This document shows, piece after piece, positions 36,802-46,403 of a stretch of DNA of 64,000 nt; positions within the stretch are counted from its first letter, which is position 1; each line of letters begins with the position of its first letter. Origin of the DNA: Lentibacillus sp. (GTDB lineage Bacteria > Bacillota > Bacilli > Bacillales > Amphibacillaceae); NCBI RefSeq assembly GCF_035301925.1, contig NZ_DATGTI010000088.1, positions 3 through 64,002 on the forward strand, given 5' to 3'. The translations under genes and the position numbers were made by a program. The notes under the pieces were generated by a model, which saw only the letters and a program-made list of their open reading frames with translations, was not told where the DNA came from and made no database searches.

Positions 36802-37441
36802 CTGGAATCAAATCCTTGTGGCATTAGGGGAAACCATTATAATGGTTGCCATTTCACTGATTTTTGCAACTTTGATTGGCTTACCGTTAGGAATATTGCT
36901 GGTTGTGACACGCAAAGGACATATATGGGAGAATGCAGCGGTCTTTAATGTTTTGAATGCAATCGTAAACACATTTCGCTCGATACCATTTATTATTCTT
37001 ATGGTTGCCGTTATCCCATTTACGAGATTGGTTGTTGGCACTTCAATAGGAACGGCAGCGGCTATTGTACCAATGGTGCTTTTTTCAGGGCCATACATTG
37101 CAAGATTAATTGAAAATTCACTGCTCGAGGTTGATCAAGGTGTGATGGAAGCAGCACAGGCAATGGGAGCAACACCATGGCAAATGATTGTCCGGTTCCT
37201 GCTGCCAGAAGCATTAAGCTCACTTTTATTAGGAATAACCATTGCTACGATAGGTCTGGTTGGTGCCTCAGCCATGGCCGGTGCGATTGGTGGAGGTGGT
37301 CTCGGTGATCTGGCTATTACTTATGGCTATCAGCGCTTTGACACCATCGTGATGATGATTACTGTAGCCATTCTTGTTGTCATGGTCCAAGGATTGCAAA
37401 CGGCAGGAAATATTTTATCAAGAAAAGTTAGACGGCGTTAA
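36791..37441 (+). CDS. metI: Methionine ABC transporter permease (MetI/MetP)
   Basis: RSIPFIIL, EAA motif and GGGGLGDLAITYGYQRF. Confidence 0.93.
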   Translation: MLVDWNQILVALGETIIMVAISLIFATLIGLPLGILLVVTRKGHIWENAAVFNVLNAIVNTFRSIPFIILMVAVIPFTRLVVGTSIGTAAAIVPMVLFSGPYIARLIENSLLEVDQGVMEAAQAMGATPWQMIVRFLLPEALSSLLLGITIATIGLVGASAMAGAIGGGGLGDLAITYGYQRFDTIVMMITVAILVVMVQGLQTAGNILSRKVRRR

Positions 37442-37493
37442 AGCTTTGAGCTGCAATCTATGTGTCACTATAAATAAAAGGGGAGAAGACAAC

Positions 37494-38309
37494 ATGAAGA
37501 AATTTGGATTTTTAATAATGTTTATCAGTCTGGCGGTTGTTATGGGTGCATGCTCAAGTAATGCTCAAACGACAGTGAAAGTTGGAATCAGCGGTTCTGA
37601 TACGACGGTTTGGGATTTTGTTGCTGAAAAAGCAAAAGAAAAAGGAATCAACGTTGAGATTGTCCGCTTTTCCGATTACGTACAGCCAAACCTGGCGCTG
37701 GCTGAAGGGGAACTTGATGCGAACGCTTTTCAAACGGTGTCCTATTTTGATGCATTCATCGAGGAACATAATTTAGATCTGGTTCCAATTGCCACAACCG
37801 TTATAGCGCCAATGGGGCTTTACTCTGAAAAATACGATTCGCCGGAAGAACTGCCAGATGGGGCGACCATTGCATTACCTAAAGAAGCCACCAATATGGG
37901 ACGCGGGTTATTGCTGCTCCAAGAAGCTGGTCTGATTAAACTGGAGGAACATTTTGATGGAAACGGATCTCTGGACAAAATTATAGAAAACCCGAAAAAT
38001 TTACAGTTTGAAACACTTGTGGCTGCTCAAACGCCGCGTGTCTTGCCGGATGTGGCAGCATCCATCATTAATAACGGTATCGCAGTTGATGCAGGATTCA
38101 GCCCTTTAAATGACTCCATTTTTCATGAAAATGAGACAGCAACACCATATATCAATATCATCGCTGTTAATAAAGAAGACAAAGATAACGAAGTGCTGCA
38201 GCAGTTAGCAGATATTTATCAATCAGGTGATGTGAAAGAACTAATTGAAGAGGAATACGATGGAAATCAAATACCAACGTTCGTACCATTGGATAAAATA
38301 GGATGGTAA
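37494..38309 (+). CDS. metQ: MetQ/NlpA family substrate-binding lipoprotein
   Basis: MGAC lipobox and FSDYVQPNLAL..DANAFQ motif; start ATG 37494 after AGGGGAG. Confidence 0.93.
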   Translation: MKKFGFLIMFISLAVVMGACSSNAQTTVKVGISGSDTTVWDFVAEKAKEKGINVEIVRFSDYVQPNLALAEGELDANAFQTVSYFDAFIEEHNLDLVPIATTVIAPMGLYSEKYDSPEELPDGATIALPKEATNMGRGLLLLQEAGLIKLEEHFDGNGSLDKIIENPKNLQFETLVAAQTPRVLPDVAASIINNGIAVDAGFSPLNDSIFHENETATPYINIIAVNKEDKDNEVLQQLADIYQSGDVKELIEEEYDGNQIPTFVPLDKIGW

Positions 38310-38366
38310 CCATTTTAGGATGCGGAAAATAAAAGATTTAAAAAAATAAAATGACGGGGTGATCAG

Positions 38367-39581
38367 ATGACGGTGATAGCAGACAGATTAACGGAAATTA
38401 AAAAATCAATATCAGATTACATTGAGGCGAATAAAGAGCAATATATTAAAATAAGTCATATGATTCATGATAATCCGGAAATCGGAAATGAAGAATATTT
38501 TGCTTCACAATTGTTAACGGATATTCTTTCTAAAGAAGGTTTCTCTGTTAAAAAAGGTGCTGCAGGTCATGAAACAGCATTTCTGGCACAAAGACAAGGT
38601 GAAAAAGAGGGGCTGCGAATTGGATTTTTAGCTGAATATGATGCGTTGCCAGGAATAGGTCATGCATGCGGGCATAATATGATTGGAACAACAAGTGTTG
38701 CAGCAGCTGTTGCCTTAAGCCAGGTAATTGATGAAGTTGGCGGAAAACTGGTTATACTTGGGACGCCTGCTGAGGAAGGTGGACCAAACGGCAGTGCAAA
38801 AGGAAGTTTTGTTAAGGCACGATTGTTGGATGATATTGACGCCGCCATTATGCTCCATCCCGGAAATGAAACGAATCTGACCAGTCCGACTCTGGCTGTT
38901 GACCCCCTTGACTTTGAGTTTTTTGGGAAATCTGCACATGCTTCAGCAAATCCGGAAAAAGGAGTTAATGCATTAGATGGTGTTATTCAATTGTTTAATG
39001 GGGTTAATGCGCTACGGCAACATTTACCTTCTGATGTAAGGATTCATGGTGTTATTACTGATGGTGGTGATGCTCCAAATATCGTTCCGGCGTATGCAAA
39101 GGCAAGATTTTTTGTACGGGCCGCGACCAGGACTATATTAAAGGACGTTACAGAAAAAGTGAAAAAGATTGCAAATGGCGCTGCTTCAGCAACCGGGGCA
39201 ACTGTCAAAATAACGGCATTTCAAAATGAAGTCGATAATTTTATTGTGAATGAGCGGTTTGATCATGTGTTTAAAGAGGTCATTGAGGGGTTAGGTGAGA
39301 CAGTCAATACACAGAAAAAAACAGCTTTAGGATCAACCGATGCAGGGAATGTCAGCCAGGTTGTTCCTGCCATCCATCCCCATATTAAAATAGGCCGCTC
39401 AGATCTAGTCGGACATACGGTTGAATTCAAAGAAGCAGCAAGGTCCAAAAAGGGGGATCAGGCACTTATAACGGGAGCAAAGGCAGTTGCTTTGACCATA
39501 CTGGAACTTTTAACGAATAGAGAAGTTTATGATGAGATTTATCAAGAATTTTTGGAACGGACACAGCCTGCTGATAAATAG
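38367..39581 (+). CDS. M20 family amidohydrolase (HmrA/AbgB-like)
   Basis: AEYDALPGIGHACGHN, GTPAEEGG and GSTDAGNVS motifs. Confidence 0.9.
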   Translation: MTVIADRLTEIKKSISDYIEANKEQYIKISHMIHDNPEIGNEEYFASQLLTDILSKEGFSVKKGAAGHETAFLAQRQGEKEGLRIGFLAEYDALPGIGHACGHNMIGTTSVAAAVALSQVIDEVGGKLVILGTPAEEGGPNGSAKGSFVKARLLDDIDAAIMLHPGNETNLTSPTLAVDPLDFEFFGKSAHASANPEKGVNALDGVIQLFNGVNALRQHLPSDVRIHGVITDGGDAPNIVPAYAKARFFVRAATRTILKDVTEKVKKIANGAASATGATVKITAFQNEVDNFIVNERFDHVFKEVIEGLGETVNTQKKTALGSTDAGNVSQVVPAIHPHIKIGRSDLVGHTVEFKEAARSKKGDQALITGAKAVALTILELLTNREVYDEIYQEFLERTQPADK

Positions 39582-39637
39582 GGCGAAAAATATTTTGACA
39601 AGATATAATTCGCATGATATATTATATCTTGTCGCAT

Positions 39638-39730
39638 GGAGGTATACCCAAGTCTGGCTGAAGGGATCGGTCTTGAAAACCGACAGGCGGGTCAAACCGC
39701 GCGGGGGTTCGAATCCCTCTACCTCCTCCA
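39638..39730 (+). tRNA. tRNA-Ser(TGA)
   Basis: Cloverleaf with long variable arm; anticodon loop CTTGAAA; GGTTCGAATCC; encoded CCA; TTGACA at 39595. Confidence 0.98.
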
Positions 39731-39877
39731 TTAAAATTGAACCGCATGAATTGGAGATTCAAAGAAACCGCCAAACCGTTACATTTGTAGCGGTTTTTTT
39801 TATATCAAAGGAATCAGGCACATCCGAACAATCGTGGATGTGCTTTTTTAGTGAAATTGATGACTTTTTACGAATAC

Positions 39878-39903
39878 TGTAATATGTTTAATCAAATAAC
39901 GTC
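39878..39903 (+). promoter_or_regulatory. Putative autoregulatory ECF-sigma promoter
   Basis: TGTAAT-N16-CGTC, similar to SigX/SigM-class promoters. Confidence 0.55.
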
Positions 39904-39955
39904 TAATAAACAGGAGGACATCTGAGGAGAAGTCCGCTTAAAGGAGGCCGCGGGG

Positions 39956-40462
39956 ATGGATGAGGAATTAATTTCGGACTGGTTTGATGCCTATAGTGAG
40001 GATATCTATAAGTTTCTTGTCTATTACATGTCCACTCCCGATGTGGAAGATTTGGTGCAGGAAGTCTTTATAAAGGCAATTGATCGGTATGATTCATTCA
40101 AAGGTGATTCCAGCCCTAAAACATGGCTCATATCAATTGCCCGAAACCTGGCCATTGATGAAGCACGTAAAAGGAAACGGCAAGATTGGCGGAAATTGAT
40201 TAAAACGTATGATTATAAAACAGAGACATCACCGGAGGAAAAACAATTGGCCAATGAAACCAAACAGCAATTGCACCAAGCGATTGCCAAGTTGAAACAG
40301 GATTATCGGGACGTCGTCATATTGCGGGGAATTGAGGAATTATCGGTCGCCGAAACAGCGAATATTTTAAAATGGCCTGATACAAAAGTGCGGGTCACAT
40401 TTCACCGGGCACTGAAGGCTTTGAAGGGGAAAGTAAAGGAGGGCTATCATGAATCTCAATGA
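39956..40462 (+). CDS. ECF RNA polymerase sigma factor
   Basis: DVEDLVQEVFIKA, KTWLISIARN and region 4 LSVAETANIL. Confidence 0.93.
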   Translation: MDEELISDWFDAYSEDIYKFLVYYMSTPDVEDLVQEVFIKAIDRYDSFKGDSSPKTWLISIARNLAIDEARKRKRQDWRKLIKTYDYKTETSPEEKQLANETKQQLHQAIAKLKQDYRDVVILRGIEELSVAETANILKWPDTKVRVTFHRALKALKGKVKEGYHESQ

Positions 40463-41264
40463 CGACGAATTGCAAAAGGAGCTAAAAGATTTGAAAACAT
40501 CCGCTTCATTGGACCCTCAAAAAAAAGAATCGATGAAGATGGCAATTATAAAACATGCGAAAAAAAAGCGTAAACGGTCAAAATTAAAGCAGTCAGCCAT
40601 CTGGTTATCGACGGCAGCCGCTTTGCTGATCTGCGGTGTGCTCGTGACGAATATAATCAACAACAATCAATCAGTATTGCCGACTGAGGAGCATGACACA
40701 TCGGAATATAACGAAAGCACAAGTGAAAAAGCACAGGAACCTGCTGATAACTCAGATGATACAGCAGAAACTTTTGAAGATTCTCAGGTGCCTGAAGAAT
40801 TATCGGTAACGGAACAGGCAACAGAAACTCAAACCATTATGAATGAAGGCATGGCGGAAGACGTGACGGTTACAAACTACACAATTGAACCATATGGGAT
40901 TCGGTACCAAATGGGGGCGTTCCTTGGCAACTATACCACTGAAGACCAAACAGTCAGACATTACAGTGATGCTGATAATGCCTGGATTACAATTGAAGTC
41001 ATGGAGGATGCCAAACTAAATGATGTCGTTTCTGAAACACAATCCGAATACAGCGGCGATTTCAACTATACGGAAGAGCCAACTGCCACATCAGAGGATG
41101 AAAATCCGTATCAAGGGATTCGACAGCATTTTTCAGACCCTCCTCAAGGCTATTATGCCTACCAAATCGGGGAAAATGTACTCGTCATTCAATATGAATA
41201 TGTGATTGAAGCTGGCGATGGCATGGGACCACGACTGCAAGCTTTACGGGAATCAATCGAATAA
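40449..41264 (+). CDS. Putative single-pass membrane anti-sigma factor
   Basis: Overlaps the sigma gene; short basic cytoplasmic N-terminus, one TM segment and an acidic extracytoplasmic domain. Confidence 0.7.
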   Translation: MNLNDDELQKELKDLKTSASLDPQKKESMKMAIIKHAKKKRKRSKLKQSAIWLSTAAALLICGVLVTNIINNNQSVLPTEEHDTSEYNESTSEKAQEPADNSDDTAETFEDSQVPEELSVTEQATETQTIMNEGMAEDVTVTNYTIEPYGIRYQMGAFLGNYTTEDQTVRHYSDADNAWITIEVMEDAKLNDVVSETQSEYSGDFNYTEEPTATSEDENPYQGIRQHFSDPPQGYYAYQIGENVLVIQYEYVIEAGDGMGPRLQALRESIE

Positions 41265-41504
41265 TAACATCAGAATAGGGCTTTCGCTAACAACAAGTGA
41301 AAGCCTTGATTTCCAAATCTTTTTTCCAGCCAATCAGTATATGCCTCTGTTTAAACGTGAAAGCAGAAAAACCTGGGTTTGTTTTGATACATTGGAACTT
41401 ACAATATACTCTTGACAACCGGTGTGTTAGCAGGTATAGTACATAAAAATACATCCTAATTAATACAGTTGCATTCAATTGACCGCATTTTTTCATAAGT
41501 TGAA

Positions 41505-41739
41505 AATGATGAAGAGGTCAGTAGCAAACAGCTTCCCGCAAGAGATTGGAATTCACCGGCTGAAAGATTCCATCGGTGTCGGCTTTTGTGAAACCTGCCT
41601 TGGAGTGTCAGATTAAAACCTGACCGCAGTCTCGCTGCGTTATGAAAACAGAGTGGGCATGCATGGCATGTCAATGAAGGTGGTACCACGGAAAACACCC
41701 CAATCCGTCCTTTTACGAGGATCGATTGAGGTGTTTTTT
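41505..41739 (+). promoter_or_regulatory. T-box riboswitch (Pro specifier CCU)
   Basis: AGAGA..GGCTGAA; GAAA-CCT at 41594; T-box AAGGTGGTACCACGG 41677-41691; terminator to 41739; promoter TTGACA(41412)-N17-TATAGT. Confidence 0.93.
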
Positions 41740-41792
41740 CTAATTTATAAACGGTTATGCAAGATTATCAGAACTTAAAATGTTAAGGAGAG

Positions 41793-42614
41793 ATGAGGAT
41801 GAGTGAAAAACTCGCATTCATAGGTGCCGGATCCATGGCTGAATCGATTCTGATCGGCATATTAAACAGTGAATTTTATCCAAAAGAGAAGATTATAGTG
41901 ACGAATAAGTCTGATAAAGAACGTCTGGCATTTTTGGAAAAACAATATGACGTTCAAAACTCAGACAATAAGCAAAAAACCGTAGAGGGTGCTGATATTG
42001 TCGTCATCGCCGTCAAGCCTTATGATCTGGAGGCTGCCGTGACGTCGATCAGCCATTACTTAAATGAGACCCAGTTGCTTATTTCAGTTGTAGCGGGTGT
42101 TTCAACCGATATGATTTCACGATTAATCGGCAAAGAAGTCCCGGTTATACGGGCAATGCCCAATACTTCATCTGCAGTGGGTCAATCTGCCACAGCTGTT
42201 ACCCGGGGGAAATTTGCTGGAAAAAAACATCTGCAAACGGCGATGAAGCTGTTCAGTACAATCGGTACAGCAACTGAAGTATCCGAGGAAGATATGCACA
42301 CCGTTACGGCCATATCGGGAAGCGGGCCGGCATATGTGTATTATTTAGTTGAAGCCATGGAACAAGCTGCCATGGATGCCGGGCTGGATCATGAAACAGC
42401 CCGCAAGTTAATCACACAGACAATTGTCGGGGCTGGGGAAATGCTGCAGACATCTGGCCTGAATCCAACCACATTGCGTGAGAATATTACAAGTCCCGGC
42501 GGCACCACACAGGCCGGACTGAAATCATTGAGCCGGCATAACTTTCAGGAAGCAGTCATGACATGTGTGGAACGGGCACGGGAACGTTCGATTGAATTGG
42601 GAAAGAAACTGTAA
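41793..42614 (+). CDS. proI: Pyrroline-5-carboxylate reductase (anabolic, T-box controlled)
   Basis: FIGAGSMA, RAMPNTS, SGSGPAY and TSPGGTT motifs; Pro T-box upstream. Confidence 0.9.
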   Translation: MRMSEKLAFIGAGSMAESILIGILNSEFYPKEKIIVTNKSDKERLAFLEKQYDVQNSDNKQKTVEGADIVVIAVKPYDLEAAVTSISHYLNETQLLISVVAGVSTDMISRLIGKEVPVIRAMPNTSSAVGQSATAVTRGKFAGKKHLQTAMKLFSTIGTATEVSEEDMHTVTAISGSGPAYVYYLVEAMEQAAMDAGLDHETARKLITQTIVGAGEMLQTSGLNPTTLRENITSPGGTTQAGLKSLSRHNFQEAVMTCVERARERSIELGKKL

Positions 42615-42623
42615 AAGAACCCT

Positions 42624-42749
42624 GTTTTCCCGCATCTAATGGTCAGTAACCCGGCCAAGAACGCCGGGTAACTTCCCCTAAATGCCCGATTCTGTTCAAC
42701 TACCATTCAATGGGGAAGAGCGTCCCATTGAATTGGAGTTTCACTTTAT
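42624..42749 (+). repeat. bcr1-like repeat, short form (copy 7)
   Basis: TTTTCCCGCAT..TAAATGCCCGATTCTGTTC..ATTCAATGGG/CCCATTGAAT..GTTTCACTTTAT. Confidence 0.9.
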
Positions 42750-43090
42750 GCTCCGAGTTCCTTGTTATCTTTTGCCGAAGCTTGAATATGCAGTGTTGCG
42801 ATCATGCCGTAGAACGCATAGAAAAATTCATCCGGGGCAACCACCCGTATGTGTCCGACATCACTCGTATCAAAATCTAATGTTGCCTCCAGCAGCCGAT
42901 ACGTTGAATAGGCATAGAAGCAAAAGTATATATAATCAAACTTCGGCATCTTGTCATAAATGACGGCAATCTCATCTTTGTATTCATCCAAATTCCGTGT
43001 TGCCTCATCAATGAAAGCATGCAGATCAGACAAATCTGCTTCTACGACAAGGTCCCGTTCATTTTCCGTTCGAATGACAGCCAACGCCAT
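42746..43090 (-). CDS. Hypothetical protein, 114 aa
   Basis: Strong RBS AGAAAGGAG, globular composition, fills an otherwise empty interval; family not recognised. Confidence 0.7.
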   Translation of the reverse strand: MALAVIRTENERDLVVEADLSDLHAFIDEATRNLDEYKDEIAVIYDKMPKFDYIYFCFYAYSTYRLLEATLDFDTSDVGHIRVVAPDEFFYAFYGMIATLHIQASAKDNKELGA

Positions 43091-43262
43091 GTGCTCCTTT
43101 CTGATTCAAAATATGTTTCAATGTTTACTCTACCTGAAATGATAAAAATCAGTGGTGATATAAATCACTGAAGGTGGCGTTTATTAGTCTTGAACCGGTA
43201 AATTTCAATATTGAAGTGACGCACTAAAAAAGGTGCTCCAATTCACTTGAGCACCTTTGTTC

Positions 43263-43946
43263 CTATCTTATGAGTTCCCGGGCTTTCCATTTGCGTGACT
43301 GCTGGATAAAATGGCTGATTTTCTTCAGAATTGGTTCAATCGATTCTTCCGCTTCAAGCAAGTCATAATCAGAAATATCGATGCGCAATATTGGGCATGC
43401 GTTGAAATTATTGATCCATTCTTCATAGCGGTTATACAATTCTTCCCAATAGGAAATAGGTGTATTCTTTTCCATGTCCCGTCCGCGGTTATGAATCCGC
43501 TCCACAATCTTATCAAAAGATCCTTCCAGATAAATTAATAAATCCGGATGTGGGAAATAAGGTGTCATTACCATTGATTCAAACAAGTTTGCATATGTTT
43601 CATAATCTGTTTTGGACATCGTTCCATTTTCGTAATGCATTTTAGCGAAAATGCCTGTATCTTCATAAATTGAACGATCCTGGATAAATCCGCCGCCATA
43701 CTCGAAAATTTTCTTTTGTTCCTTAAAACGTTCAGCCAGAAAATAAATTTGCAGATGAAAGCTCCAGCGTTCAAAGTCATCATAAAATTTTTCAAGGTAT
43801 GGATTTTTATCAACCTTTTCAAAAGACGTTTTAAAGTCCAGGGCGTTGGCTAACGCTTTCGTCATTGTTGATTTTCCGACACCGACAGTACCAGCAACAG
43901 TGATAATGCTGTCATGCGGAATCTTGTATTTATCACGTAAATTCAT
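43263..43946 (-). CDS. dck: Deoxyadenosine/deoxycytidine kinase
   Basis: IITVAGTVGVGKST and QDRSIYED motifs. Confidence 0.93.
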   Translation of the reverse strand: MNLRDKYKIPHDSIITVAGTVGVGKSTMTKALANALDFKTSFEKVDKNPYLEKFYDDFERWSFHLQIYFLAERFKEQKKIFEYGGGFIQDRSIYEDTGIFAKMHYENGTMSKTDYETYANLFESMVMTPYFPHPDLLIYLEGSFDKIVERIHNRGRDMEKNTPISYWEELYNRYEEWINNFNACPILRIDISDYDLLEAEESIEPILKKISHFIQQSRKWKARELIR

Positions 43947-43958
43947 TTTGGTTCCCCT

Positions 43959-44606
43959 TTATTGTTTGGATTCTGTTTTATGGTTGCACATTTGCTGTTC
44001 CACACGTTCTATAATTTTATCAAGATTTTTCTGATGCTTTACAAAATCCATTTTATCTCCATCAATTCGAATAACCGGTATGTCAGGATGAAGCACCTCA
44101 AATTTATTCATATAATCTTCATAATCCTGTATAAGCTGTGCCAAATAGGATGGTTTGATATTCTGTTCAATCTCTCTGCCGCGAAGGTGAATTCGCTTTA
44201 AAATCGTGTCAAGACTTGCGTGTAAGTAGATCAACATATTTGGAACCGGCATATCTTTTGTTAATATATGGTAAATTTGTTCATATTTGTCAAACTTGTC
44301 CGGCTGCAGTGTACGTTTAGCAAAAATCATGTTTTTAGATATATGATAATCGGCTATGACCGATTTGTTCTTGTTCAGATATTGTTGCTCGATGTCTTCC
44401 AGTTGTTTATAACGATTGCAAAGAAAAAACATTTCTGTTTGAAAGCTCCATTCCTCAATATCGTCGTAAAACTTTCCGAGAAATGGGTTTTCCTCAACAA
44501 TTTCTTTTAATAGATGGAAATCAAAATGGACAGAAAGTTTTTTTGCAAGTGATGTCTTTCCGATTCCGATGGGTCCTTCGATTGCGATGAATGGGACCTC
44601 TGGCAT
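43959..44606 (-). CDS. dgk: Deoxyguanosine kinase
   Basis: FIAIEGPIGIGKTS and WSFQTEMFFLCNRY motifs. Confidence 0.93.
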   Translation of the reverse strand: MPEVPFIAIEGPIGIGKTSLAKKLSVHFDFHLLKEIVEENPFLGKFYDDIEEWSFQTEMFFLCNRYKQLEDIEQQYLNKNKSVIADYHISKNMIFAKRTLQPDKFDKYEQIYHILTKDMPVPNMLIYLHASLDTILKRIHLRGREIEQNIKPSYLAQLIQDYEDYMNKFEVLHPDIPVIRIDGDKMDFVKHQKNLDKIIERVEQQMCNHKTESKQ

Positions 44607-44795
44607 AACCTTCCCTCCAATCAGCAGCTGATTTCTTTGACAGATGGTTTACATTTTAGCATATCTAAAAAGGTACTTCCATTTTAAATTAGAATCTGTC
44701 TTTTCATTTGGCTTGAAATTTTGTATAATGTTTATTGTGCCTTTTTCTACTTTCGGGACGCTTCTCTTTGCAATGGACTAGTCTCACCAAAACAT

Positions 44796-44867
44796 GCCCC
44801 CGTAGCTCAGGGGATAGAGCAACGGCCTCCTAAGCCGTGTGCGCAGGTTCGATTCCTGCCGGGGGCG
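44796..44867 (+). tRNA. tRNA-Arg(CCT), CCA not encoded
   Basis: GCCCCCG/CGGGGGC acceptor stem; anticodon arm ACGGC-CTCCTAA-GCCGT; GGTTCGATTCC. Confidence 0.96.
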
Positions 44868-44955
44868 TGCCTCATAAATTTCAATTTGAATGATACAACA
44901 TACATTCCACTCAAATAAATCAATTCGAAAATTTGACACGAAAGGAATATGCAGC

Positions 44956-46182
44956 ATGAGTTTGACAAAGAAAATCCTGATTGCGCTTGTATTGGGTGTT
45001 ATAACCGGTGTTGGTTTAAGTTTTGCACCATCAGATGTCTTTTCTGTTGCTGATCAATACGTGTTAAATCCGGTTGGTCAGCTGTTTTTGAATTTGATTA
45101 TGATGCTGGTTGTTCCAATTGTATTTGTATCCATCGTACTGGGCGCAGCGGGTCTCAGTGATCCGGTAAAACTTGGTAAGATCGGTGTGCAGACAATAAC
45201 GTTCTATCTCGTTACGACAGCCATTGCCCTATCGATTGGTATTGGCATGGCCTATTTGCTGGAGCCTGGTGCAGAGGGGCATTTTAATATTGGTGATCAA
45301 GAATACGAAGAACAAACACCTCCACCTGTTATGGAGACACTGATTAATATTATTCCGGAAAATCCGATAGAGGCTATGAGCAGTGGTGATATGCTGCAAA
45401 TTATTGCATTTGCTATTTTTATTGGTATTGCCCTGGCTGTACTGGGTGATAAAACTAAGCGGATTTATCGTTTGTTTGAAGAAGCAAATGAAATACTGTT
45501 ATTTTTGGTCAATCTAGTCATGAAAACTGCCCCATATGGTGCATTTGCCTTGATTGCATCGGCTCTTGGTGATGCGGGACTTGATGCACTGGGATCGATG
45601 GCTATGTACATGGTTGCCGTTATTTTAGCTCTTGTTCTTCATGGAGCCTTTACGTACAGTTTGGCAATCCGGGGGATTGGCAAAGGAAGTCCTTTGACAT
45701 TCTATAAAGAATTTTTTCCAGCCATGTCGGTTGCATTCAGTACATCCAGTTCCAGTGCCACGCTTCCTGTTTCAATGAGAATGGCCCAGGAAAGGCTTGG
45801 TGTCAGAAAATCAGTCAGCAGTTTTGTTCAGCCGCTCGGTGCGACAATAAATATGGACGGAACAGGCATCATGCAGGCTGTGGCGACGGTGTTTATTTCG
45901 CAGGTGTACGCGATTGATTTAGGATTAGCCGATATTATGATGGTTATTCTTACTGCTACACTGGCAAGTATTGGGACAGCAGGTGTTCCGGGCGTCGGTC
46001 TGGTTATGCTGGCAATGGTGTTAAATCAGGTCGGACTTCCAACAGAAGGCATTGCACTGATTATTGGTGTCGACCGCTTATTGGATATGATGCGGACATC
46101 CTTGAATATTACAGGTGACGCAGCGTGCGCTTTTATTATTTCAGAAAGAGAAAAACGAAAGGAAACTACCGGTACAAGCTAA
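44956..46182 (+). CDS. Dicarboxylate/amino acid:cation symporter (GltT-like)
   Basis: FSTSSSSATLP, GATINMDGT and ASIGTAGVPG motifs. Confidence 0.93.
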   Translation: MSLTKKILIALVLGVITGVGLSFAPSDVFSVADQYVLNPVGQLFLNLIMMLVVPIVFVSIVLGAAGLSDPVKLGKIGVQTITFYLVTTAIALSIGIGMAYLLEPGAEGHFNIGDQEYEEQTPPPVMETLINIIPENPIEAMSSGDMLQIIAFAIFIGIALAVLGDKTKRIYRLFEEANEILLFLVNLVMKTAPYGAFALIASALGDAGLDALGSMAMYMVAVILALVLHGAFTYSLAIRGIGKGSPLTFYKEFFPAMSVAFSTSSSSATLPVSMRMAQERLGVRKSVSSFVQPLGATINMDGTGIMQAVATVFISQVYAIDLGLADIMMVILTATLASIGTAGVPGVGLVMLAMVLNQVGLPTEGIALIIGVDRLLDMMRTSLNITGDAACAFIISEREKRKETTGTS

Positions 46183-46364
46183 TGATGAAACGTTACGAAT
46201 CCCCTTGCAGGATATTAATGCAGGGGGATTTTTTTAATGCACTTTAAGTAAAATACTTTAAAATTGTCACAAAATGTTCTAAAATAATGGGTGTTCCCGG
46301 AATGTTTATAAAATTGATATAATTGTACAATTACTGCAATTAGACGTACTCTGTCCAAGCACTT

Positions 46365-46378
46365 TGCAACCGGTTACA
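46365..46378 (+). promoter_or_regulatory. cre site (CcpA) upstream of acsA
   Basis: TGCAACCGGTTACA fits the TGNAANCGNTNWCA consensus, 25 nt before the start codon. Confidence 0.7.
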
Positions 46379-46403
46379 ACAACTTTAAGATGAGGTGATA
46401 GGA

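Noticed and set aside
44755-44789. Possible tRNA remnant ending in CACCA upstream of tRNA-Arg
   Set aside because: No T-loop or cloverleaf can be drawn
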